A stretch of 64,000 bases of DNA. Origin: Vermamoeba vermiformis (taxonomy: Eukaryota). The stretch's first letter is position 1. Every line of letters begins with the position of its first letter. The stretch spans positions 1-64,000 of the forward strand of contig JBEWZL010000247.1 in assembly GCA_045837725.1 (NCBI GenBank), written 5' to 3'. The notes beneath the pieces are model-generated. The model did no database searches, was not told the DNA's origin, and was given only the letters and a program-made list of their open reading frames with translations. Below, in pieces: positions 55,801 to 64,000 of this stretch. The translations under genes were made by a program, and so were the position numbers.

Positions 55801-56401
55801 CAAAAAGCTGTTTGAAAACTGTGTGGATACTTGCATACATTTCAAGTACACTAGGCTGCAGTGCCTTGGATTATGCTTAACAAAACTTGGTCAATTTGAA
55901 GAAGCAAAGACTGTGCTCTTGCAATGCTACAATGAGTGGACTAATGGTACTGACATGCACAACTACAGCCTTCTTGCTGAGACAACTTTCTACCTGGCTC
56001 AGTGCGAGAAACAAACTGCCTCTGCAAATGCTTCACAACTGTTTACACAGTCTTTAATTTTACAATTAAGACATGATGTGCAAATGCATTTTAGAATGAT
56101 TACAGCAGAGCTTATCTTAGTTTCAAGACAGCCAAACAAGAGTGAGTTGGCTCCGATTGTGTTACTACACTCAGAGAATGAAGACCAGGTTAACATAGAA
56201 AACTTTGAAGCTCTGTATGAAGAGAAGCTACTGACTGCAAGCTTTCAATATGCCACTGGCTGTCAATTTGTCTACTACACACCAGCAACACGTGGCAAGT
56301 TCTGTTCTTTGGTTCAAGTGCGATACAACAACCAGACACTCGTTGTCTATTACGAAAGTGCAAACAACTTTGCAATTGCCATTGTAAACTCATCACTTTA
56401 A
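52892..56401 (+). CDS. NLR-like protein: Death-like domain, degenerate NB-ARC/STAND NTPase, winged helix, TPRs
   Basis: N-domain NWRHIGLFF..TIEEFVTVLEDRRIGLNALA. After removing a likely in-frame 54-nt intron (53393-53446): SGTTLANEFC..YVLWLDG..SFLRLA..LWVFDS..RFFP..HVILT. Kinesin-light-chain-type TPR LGPCHPFTL; later GLCLTKLGQFEEAK. Confidence 0.75.
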   Translation: MNPKEEPRRLSELQLIEVVDELCSSPGSNWRHIGLFFEEKHRFKISYELLKAYAPQATPDRDLCRNLIANLMERGVTIEEFVTVLEDRRIGLNALASDLRKRFGLKLAHFSDPNSLTSKPFYFEVTNDLTLQIAGNDTIEELDALLQQKRQVIINNEISASGTTLANVRPILYDFKCLFNAIYMQEFCRKAKGYTYVLWLDGADDTRLLASFLRLADWFKIPIPDVSSLDIFAASYLKQIFDRLGERPTLWVFDSCTSVNAMQRFFPTRSEAYHVILTVKSIPAVEKDLVDIWPKPDLKSFDEKCLLFVRMIAMLDKPEFPAAILFNTDVFVPLASTTKESDLQKLLQPLTERQFVSFTTAKNRTMIQVNEQYHQFCKSVALPEALEKWIDVLASTNSSFNDWTFNQAKANIFAAISPYASKSTQEAPRYLNTVAQFLGFWNATYKFPPDFFVNSAFNTIDPNTVALIKALCVIEQDPHFDPFPKQSNTTNQLLERYCHARQILYSCNFDDAYNVLKKCNDSAVTMLGPCHPFTLKLVYWLIRTLLSKRQLRVAKEMLEEKVYDSHTILDFIFLKFHKQLEDPTVTKWMICVADTLLYCGELEESYKIYKESLKHQLTFDVLFDNYLIRTLVGLLCYEMEVRLTNAARQSEIISNGAISWEDVMLHVKSTLVEEKFKDFSISPYYYHLIALCNQYPYRIPPRSDPIIRHQLHLKDQFMEVTLYNQSLVMWKEGPQYSVIYTHALSNLDNNCLKFLQRLALVTLAPPPVLLNSIFNQKCNPRKYDRLTDLFKQNFLSNKENPIIQLKINMYIPLLRSTMNVEDAVRWWTKKLKAAITCKASNDHYLQQSVIFHDLSDIVRNIMNDEVAMEFWTTLLEFLVICKEVPAIRDINNFKHTAIKNRFPVHSRLIEGVCLRSIGKWKEAVECFTGQVTLQSQNFPDKQKLLQLSQFLLARSLSEPDDKDNPNLTKAKKLFENCVDTCIHFKYTRLQCLGLCLTKLGQFEEAKTVLLQCYNEWTNGTDMHNYSLLAETTFYLAQCEKQTASANASQLFTQSLILQLRHDVQMHFRMITAELILVSRQPNKSELAPIVLLHSENEDQVNIENFEALYEEKLLTASFQYATGCQFVYYTPATRGKFCSLVQVRYNNQTLVVYYESANNFAIAIVNSSL

Positions 56402-56575
56402 CTTAGCAAAACTTATTTTCGGCAAAACAACAAATACTCTATCAACCTAAAGCAATAAATTTTAATTATTCACAGTTTCATTATGATTCAATATTTACAC
56501 AGTAGTATGTAAAGTCTATTTTATTTAAGCAGTAGTTTGCAACTCATGCTCCATCTGTGCAGAAGGTAGTGTGCA

Positions 56576-57480
56576 CTAAGTAATCCTCTTGCATTGTTTG
56601 GCAGCTTCATCTTTGTCAAAGCCTTCGAACTCATCCTGTGGTGACTGCGCCACTTTCATTTTGTGCACTTGCATGATCCCCCGGGCACTACAACTGTGGC
56701 AACTCCAACCACGATGATCACGATCATAACGCCTTTTGAATTGTGATGCCTAAACTGGGGAATTTGCAGCAGTCATTCAACTTAATGAGACCTCCACAAA
56801 AAGCAGCTCAGGACTTTGTCGCCGGGTTGGGCAGTCAACATGGTCGCCAGTTGATGATACTCCTCGACTTGGCGGTAGAGGAACTCGAACAACTCGCCCA
56901 TATACTCATTTCAGTCGCGACACAGTGTCTCTTCTTCAGACGTGAACTGCAGAGTCGTCAACTCGTTTTGAGTAACTCGTTGCTTGATGCTCAAACGCTC
57001 CTTCTCGATGTTAGCGCACTCCTTGTACAGCTTGTTCAGTACGCTCCAAACGGCCCAATTTCTCGCGAATAGTTTGCAGTTGGCGGCTCCACTGTTGTTC
57101 AGAAAACTCAAGGTCGCGCAACTCTTGTTCGAGGTCTTGGATCATTTGTCGCTGTGGGCCTTTACTTCGTCCTTGCGTGCAAACTCAGCAGCAGTCAATT
57201 CGAGCAATTGCATTCATCCTTTGAGGTCCTGAAATCAACGGTGAGATGCTCGTACGACACTATTGCACTTCAGGCTTACGTGATTGATTCATGTGATCCA
57301 CACGGGCTTGTAACTCGCGTTGTTTGCCTTCGTAGTCCAAGGTCATCTTGCGCTCCTTCTCCAAGCTGACTGCCATCTCTTCAATATCGCTTGGCCTTCT
57401 CTGGTGATTGCACGATCACCACGGGCACTACGCCTGTTGCAACTCCGACACGATAATAACGATCAAAACACCTTTTGAAG
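56576..57480 (-). pseudogene. Degraded coiled-coil gene with a ~66-bp internal direct repeat
   Basis: Fragments DIEEMAVSLEKERKM..RELQARVD, MIQDLEQELRDLE, LYKECANIEKERL with a GTAAGC..CAG intron, stops and frameshifts; repeat copies at 56675-56740 and 57414-57479. Confidence 0.45.
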
Positions 57481-59406
57481 ATACTATCAAATCAATTCGT
57501 TTGCGCATGATTGTGTTCAGTTATTGAATTAACTGTGGCTCGCGATCCGACTCGAATTTGGTCCGCGATCTCAGATGGCTCAGCTTAATCCTAGAATACT
57601 TCGTTAGAATATTGATGAAAAGATCATAATACGTGCCATTAGTAGCAGATGATGTGCCAAAGAGTACCGTTAGTCAACGTTGTTAGGATCTAACTCCGTT
57701 GATTTCGGCAAACGAGTTTCCTTCTCGAATAACTTTCCTTGCTTAAGCTGTGCTTATTCCGATTGAATGCCCATCTTGCTGATGAACTCAGTCTTATTGA
57801 CGTTGCTGCTCCAAAGAAGTTGTCGGTTCTGGTGATCGCGGATGCGTTCAATGCCTGGTGCGAAGAGTCTCTTCCTGTTAACAATACACTTCATATTGCA
57901 AGAAGAGGCCTCTAGATCGTTGGGGCGTTTGTCCAAGTACTGACAGATGAGATGATTGGTCTACTTAGGGCAGCCAAATCAATTGGCCATGCCACAATGA
58001 TACGTGCCAAATAAATTACGTAGTATTCTTTCTGCTCGTGCAATTTACGTGTTTCTTTAAGCATCAACTTTGCTAATGTCGATAGTTAGATAAGTATCAG
58101 TTTATGACCATATTTAAAGTTTGTCTGTCTGTCTTACCTCGTGCCAGATTGCTGATGCTTTCAGAAACGAGATATAGGCACAACTTGCCGCGGCGATCAA
58201 TAACAACCTGAAATTAGTTCGTTAAAAGGTGGATTAGATCCCGGAATAATGTTTTTCATTTCAGTCAATGAATGTACCTCAAAAGGCTGCAGTATTATAC
58301 ATTTAATTTTAAAAAAAATTACGGCTTCTTGCAAATTAGGAGCCAAAATAAAACTGACGAGCTCCCAAATCCTGCATCGATATTAAACGGATCGGCAAGC
58401 GGACACTGGAAGCCTTCGCAAAAAATATTATTAATTTATGGTAATAATATTACTAGGAGTAAGTTTCAAATCGCAAAAGTCTAGAGATGAGATGAAAAAC
58501 TCGTTATTTGACCTTACCTTACGCAAACGAAAATATTGCTAGTATATAATTAAAGCAAGCAAGTTTTTGCCGTCCTCCATAGTGTTGAAAATGCTAAATG
58601 TCTTTCTGGCTCTAAACACTGATCTGGAAACTTTTCGCGGTTGGAACGTCCAACACAGGGATCAACACCACCCGCTTGCAATTTAACAATTTAAGCTACG
58701 TAGTTCAATTTTTAATTATTGAAGAGCCTGGACAAGCTCGATGCGTGGCAACCGTTGCTTGCACAAAGTAGTCATGACTACCCAAGGTTCAGTAGGTGTT
58801 TCGCACCCACGCGAAATACAATCTAAGAGCGTATGTATAAATAAGCATATTTCTAATTTTGGTTTAGTCGAGCCAAGTTCTATAATATTATAGAAAAATT
58901 ATTTAATATTTTATTCTAATTAATTGAAACCAGTTATGGCGATGAACTATCCCATAAATCCCATCCGAATTAACAATAAAGATTGGTGAAGATTAAGACT
59001 AAATTTGGACCCGGGAACCCGAAACTCAATCACATCCCACGCTGACCGACGAGATCCAATGCTGAAAATAGATAGTTTGTGACGAACCTCGCTAAGAGCA
59101 TTCAAGTGCAATAGGGAGTTAACAATTAGTACAAGTGGAAAGAAGAAGCATCGCGATCCCAGGCAAAATTCCGCGTGTCAATCACAAAAGTCGGCACAAG
59201 CAGAAATACCGTATATAAGGTACAATTCGCGGCAAAATGCACACCAATATACTGGTACTAATGCTTGGCAGCGTTATTGAAGCTAAAATGAAGTTTTGAG
59301 TTGAAGCGGAATAACTTGGGACCCAAGTGCTCAATTTAATCGTTAATTAATTCTATCGTCAACTTTTGAAGCAACAACCACAAGTGTGATAGTTTAGAGG
59401 TTAACA

Positions 59407-60757
59407 ATGTCGATTGTAATCGCCGAAGATGGTACGTACGCATCTGTTACTGCTCGGGCTGACTAGCGTTTATTTAGAGTATCTTGCAAACTTGCCAGGC
59501 ACTGCCGTTACAGAAATGGCCAGTGAGATTGGTTACAAAGATGGATGGAAAAAAATTGGCTTGCACTTTCAACCAGAAGTCAAGTACGAAATCTTGACAA
59601 AACAACATCCGCATCTGATGTTTAATGGCGGCGACATCGCTTACTGCAAAGTAATGATCGACGAAATTGCAAAACAAAATGTGACAATGGGTCAATTTCT
59701 GAAAGTTGTGGATGAGGTTGGCCTCAAATCCTCTGCGCATAATTTTCGACAAAAATATGTTCTAAAACCGTAAGCGAATAACCTCAAACAATTTTTTAAA
59801 CTCATCTCTAATCATTTTGATAGGGGCCATGCTCGGGCACATCCGCCTCCACCAAACAACAATAACAATGCTCCCGGTCCAGCCCTGCAAGCACCCGAAG
59901 TCAAGGAGCCTGACTTTACAAAAGAAGAGTGGTACGTGAATAAGAACCCATTGATTCGTAGCGTGTCAAACGAAGAGTTCGCCGAGCTCCAAACTGTGCC
60001 AGTCGCGATCTTCGTTGTCAACGACATTGAAAGAAACGCCGTTCTGCGTGACTTCAATCCTCTTCAAGGCAAGGAGTGCTTGGTCAGAGTCAAGAGAAGC
60101 GGCCAGTACTACATTGTAGGTCGCTTTGGAAACTACAACGCAGTTCTCGTTCAAACAGACATGGGCGGAGATTCTGTGCTGTCATTTGACCGAACTATTT
60201 CAGACTGGCAATGCAAGATATTAATTGCCATTGGCGTTGCCTGGGGAAGCGATCCAAATAGACAAAAACTCGGCGATGTGCTTGTTGCCAAGGAGGTCGC
60301 AGTGTACGGTGACAACGACAAGGTGCAGAACGGAACGTACAACATTCGTTCACACATCCCCAAGGCCGGCACCAACATCTTGAAGAGCTTGAAGGAGTAC
60401 CAAGGCGATTGGGAATTCAAGTACGACAACAAAAAGTCAAAGGTTCATATTGGTCGAATCATCTCCGCTGGCTTGTTGGTGAATGATCAGGCAATGAAGA
60501 CGCAACTTCTCCAAATTCCTCAGCACGAATTAGTCGACATCATTGGAGGCGACATGGAGGCCAAGGCACTTGCTCACGTCGTTGCTGAAAACAACCTCAA
60601 GGTCCAAGAGTGGGTCATGGTGAAGGGTATTTGCGACTGGGCTGATGGCAACAAGCACAAGGGATACCAGCCACTTGCTGCCGCTGCTGCCTCAGACTTC
60701 GTGAAGTTTGTTCTCTCTCAGCCAGACGTGTTAGACGATATCATTCACCCGAAATAA
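59407..60757 (+). CDS. Death-like domain + Pro/Asn linker + PNP_UDP_1 (nucleoside phosphorylase/nucleosidase) domain, 3 exons
   Basis: Exons 59407-59431, 59478-59769 and 59824-60757 splice in frame. GWKKIGLHF..VTMGQFLKVVDEVGL; PNP motifs NDIERNAV, IAIGVAWG, LGDVLVA, GGDMEA, VKGICDWADGNK..YQPLAAAAA. Confidence 0.88.
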
Positions 60758-61112
60758 TAGAAAAGAACACGAGTTAGTGCACACTAAATAAATAAATTCA
60801 TTCTAGAATATCTGCACAATTCTCCGCCGATAAATTTAAGTCATTACCCTTGCAACTTGCAAGGCAATTATTAACCTACGCATATATTTACTTTCTTTAC
60901 AACCATAATATAAGAATAGCAAAACCAACAATTTATAGCGGAACAACTACAAAAACTAGCTAGATGTCACTATCGTCACTTGATTGAAAGCGGCGCAAGA
61001 TACAAACACAATCGCAGCGTTACAATAGAAAGGCAGAAATTTTCTCTGGTCTGAACGGTCAAGCTTTTCGGGTAGTTCCGTAGCAACTCAAGCGTATTAT
61101 TTCTAGTTTCAG

Positions 61113-61904
61113 ATGGCAAAATTCCTTTCAGAAGTACCGCATCTGGACCTCGACATAATTGCCGAAAAATGCTCTACTGGCGAATGGAAGCGGATTGGTC
61201 TCAGTTTTGAGAAAACACACGGCTTTGTCATTAAATATAACCAGCTGAAAGCCAAGCACTTGCACGCTGACGACGAAACCTTGTGCAAAGAAATGTTTGC
61301 TGAATTGGCTAATAGAGCAATTAAAATTAAGCAACTTGTGTCCGTTCTTGAAGACTCGCGGATAGGTCTGTCCTCCGTGGCGGGATATCTCCGTAAACTT
61401 ATGAAGAAGAGCCAAGAAGATGAAGAGAGTGATGACGAAGATGAGGATGAAGACGAAGATAGTGATGAAGAAGACGATGATGAGGAAGAAGAAGACTCCA
61501 CCGATATCGACGATGTTGCGGAGTTTCTGGCGCTAAAATACTTGTCAAAGAAAAGAGCCCGAAAGGAAGAAAGCGACGAAGATGAGCCGCCAAAAAAAAA
61601 GAAAAAAACCGGCTCGATAAGCACAACCAAATTAGTGAAGTTGCTAAATCACCTCACCAAAGATGAAGTCTCCGCAATATATGAGGCCAGCAATAAGAAC
61701 AACAGCGCTGGAAGAAGTTCGAAAGGAGAGCTGATTGATTTGATTGAACTCGAAGTCACCACCGCACAAAAGTTAAAAAGAGTGTTATTGGAGGCTCTTT
61801 ACAGAGATTCGTTGGTAGACTACGCTCGCCACATCGGTGTAGGTACGGCAAAAATGAAAGCAGGCGAAGCTGCTGACGCAATTGTTGCCCATTGCAAAAC
61901 GTGA
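61113..61904 (+). CDS. Death-like domain + D/E tract + basic NLS-like patch + two HEH/SAP-like helical motifs
   Basis: EWKRIGLSFEKTHGFVIKY..IKQLVSVLEDSRIGLSSVAGYLR; ~28-residue acidic run; PPKKKKK; LTKDEVSAIY..GRSSKGELIDLI and LYRDSLVDYARHIGV..KAGEAADAI. Confidence 0.8.
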   Translation: MAKFLSEVPHLDLDIIAEKCSTGEWKRIGLSFEKTHGFVIKYNQLKAKHLHADDETLCKEMFAELANRAIKIKQLVSVLEDSRIGLSSVAGYLRKLMKKSQEDEESDDEDEDEDEDSDEEDDDEEEEDSTDIDDVAEFLALKYLSKKRARKEESDEDEPPKKKKKTGSISTTKLVKLLNHLTKDEVSAIYEASNKNNSAGRSSKGELIDLIELEVTTAQKLKRVLLEALYRDSLVDYARHIGVGTAKMKAGEAADAIVAHCKT

Positions 61905-62664
61905 AAGTGACCAACATGTCATACCTAAAATAGCTTGCAACACGATCACGATACTTTGTATCATCTAAATCATAAACGGTCTATATTAGATAAAAATTGT
62001 AAACGAACACAAAATTGACGACAAAGAACTCAGATCTAAAACTACTACAATCAATAACCCTTAATTTAGCTAAGATACAACGATTTACTACAATGACAAA
62101 GGACGAGATATCGCTCCGTGTGGATCGTCGATGGTGATCGTATTTCCGCCGGCCACTTGCTGGTATCTGAACAAAGAATCATTTTTGTATTGCAGACGCC
62201 ACGGTTTTACGTTTTGTATGAACATCGTACTGGTTTAGCTCGCCGGCTGAAGTAATTAATTTCGTTTGGCCGTCATTTTTGCGAGACAACTGGTAGAGTG
62301 ACCATTATACCACTCTCAATGCATTTATTATCAATAGTAAGAGGAAAAGAATGGAAAACGAATATGCTGCAATGGCGAACAAAGCGGAACAACTCATATT
62401 ATATTTTAAACTCCGCATGTAGAAGTCACTTGAATAAAAAGAGCACTATTACAATTTGCAATTGAAGGTAATTATTTAGCATCATCGATATATTTAAAAT
62501 AAAAATCGAAATGGTGTTATTAATAAATCTGGAAGAGGCTCATCTATGTTTGAAAATTTTTCTAATGACATGGTTATCCTGATACGGTTGGCCATTCTAA
62601 AATAAATAGTATGCAGATTTTTGATTGACCACTTTTTAGGATTTCGATTTTACAGACGTCGTGG

Positions 62665-64000
62665 ATGACGGAAGCTCGAGCTGAGTCACTTTCAGAACTT
62701 CTGGATATTGACCTGGAAGAAATTGCCGATCAATGCTTGGGTGGCAATTGGCAACGCATTGGTATTTACTTTCAGAAAACACACAGTGGATTCACCATTA
62801 AATACAAGGAAATTCAATCCAAGCATCCTACCGGAACTCCCGATGATATACTTCTACGAGATATGTTTTATAAGCTGGCAGAACAAGGAATAACTATTGA
62901 AGAACTGGCGTCGGCGCTGGAAGATTCCCGGATCGGCCTCGGTTCACTCGCCAAAATACTCCGAACGACACCCTTCACAAACAAAAACAAACTACAACCT
63001 CGAGCCGACACTAAGCCAATTTCATCGCCTGCTAGAATCAATACCGATCAAACGGCACGGGCAACAGGAGATCTACTCCAAGCTCCGTTTAGACAGACTT
63101 CAACAGAAGAATATTGCGTGAAAGTACTGCTTGTTCCGAGCGACGACGAGCTCTCTTCGACCCTGGACAATATGTTGAAAAGCTTCGGACTCCAACAGCT
63201 CCATGACTGCAAGACTCACGTTGTCTGGGTTAACTCTAAGAAGACTGCGTACGAAATGCTTCGTTACGTTATCAAGTTTCTGGTTGGAGACCGGGCCTCA
63301 CTATTCAGTATCAATGACGCTCTACAACACGTGAGTGAAGTGCTGTTCTTACTTCGGAACCAACATGAGGAAGCGAAGTGGCTTACGGTCGAAGAGTTTG
63401 ACACTGGTGATTTACTTTCTGATGACGTTAGATTTTGCTTTCAAATCTTGTTCGAAACTCTAAAAGAGACCCTCAAGAGCGCAATACCACACCGCGTCTA
63501 TGGAGTTTGCAAGCAATCATTGGATTCATTGAAGTACGACGCCAAACTGGCACATTGGTTTTATGATACCACACGCAAAACAACGAAACGATTCTATTGC
63601 TGCGTCAAATTAGAAGAAGTAGATCGTGAATTGAGAGACGTTGGCAACACCACTCAATCCGCTGTAATGCAGTGCACGTCCATCCCCACAAGAAAAGAAG
63701 CGACTTCATTCAGCAGCATCAATGTCTACCTTTCCAGTTCGCTAGTGTTGCCGATCATGCTCAAGCTACATAAACGTGACATAGCCGATGCACTCAAAAA
63801 AAAAGGTCTCACGGTGAGATCCATCCATGAAGCGTGCATTCAAGATGTCATCGAAGCGCTTGCCAACCCAAAGAACAAAGACTGCCAAGTGGAACTCGAG
63901 GCAATGATTGAACGGATGGAACGAGATCAAGTTCCGTACTCGGCTGAATCAGCAAAGTGGGTAGCGATTGCAAGCAGCTATTGTCAGCGGCTAACTTTAG
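62665..64000 (+). CDS. Death-like domain + probable degenerate STAND-like region; open to the window end (absent from the ORF track)
   Basis: Hand-translated with no stop from ATG 62665 to the end: LSELLDIDLEEIADQCLGGNWQRIGIYFQKTHSGFTIKY..TIEELASALEDSRIGLGSLAKILR..HVVWVNS..KWLTVEEFD. Confidence 0.8.
   Translation, partial: MTEARAESLSELLDIDLEEIADQCLGGNWQRIGIYFQKTHSGFTIKYKEIQSKHPTGTPDDILLRDMFYKLAEQGITIEELASALEDSRIGLGSLAKILRTTPFTNKNKLQPRADTKPISSPARINTDQTARATGDLLQAPFRQTSTEEYCVKVLLVPSDDELSSTLDNMLKSFGLQQLHDCKTHVVWVNSKKTAYEMLRYVIKFLVGDRASLFSINDALQHVSEVLFLLRNQHEEAKWLTVEEFDTGDLLSDDVRFCFQILFETLKETLKSAIPHRVYGVCKQSLDSLKYDAKLAHWFYDTTRKTTKRFYCCVKLEEVDRELRDVGNTTQSAVMQCTSIPTRKEATSFSSINVYLSSSLVLPIMLKLHKRDIADALKKKGLTVRSIHEACIQDVIEALANPKNKDCQVELEAMIERMERDQVPYSAESAKWVAIASSYCQRLTL

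Noticed and set aside
57950-59400. Extra Death-like gene or transposase in the gap before the PNP gene
   Set aside because: No W..IG or RIGL motif, long ORF, terminal repeats or transposase motifs found by eye.
52892-64000. Bacterial contamination or prophage as the source of the intron-poor cluster
   Set aside because: The PNP gene has canonical in-frame spliceosomal introns, the NLR-like gene has a likely one, and spacing is not operon-tight.

Overview
Gene-dense eukaryotic DNA with many short GT-AG introns and CTAAC/CTAAT branch sites. Gene content points to a free-living protist, probably amoebozoan (inference). Housekeeping genes: METTL21-type methyltransferase, WDHD1/Ctf4, TMEM104, an F-box/LRR protein, DAP decarboxylase, an SDR epimerase, a dispersed 5S rRNA and an intronic tRNA-Asn. 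Receptor or defence-like genes are mixed in: RGM-like GDPH protein, probably inactive GH16 surface protein, DUF4962/heparinase-type lyase, NTase-RNA ligase fusion, Ubl-fused ART-like protein, large Cys-rich TOM1/THH1-type membrane protein and two tandem LRR receptor kinases. The best candidate for a new system is at 52.9-64 kb. Four co-oriented genes share one ~95-aa N-terminal Death-fold-like domain (W..IG..F...Y..., T/KI..L..VLED.RIGL) fused to different partners: a degenerate NB-ARC plus TPR (NLR-like), a PNP/nucleosidase domain, an acidic/basic HEH-like protein, and a second degenerate STAND-like protein running off the window. This looks like a clustered sensor-adaptor-effector immune module. 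Several single-base frameshifts fall in homopolymers, so the assembly probably has indel errors. All family calls come from recognising motifs by eye; no searches were run.
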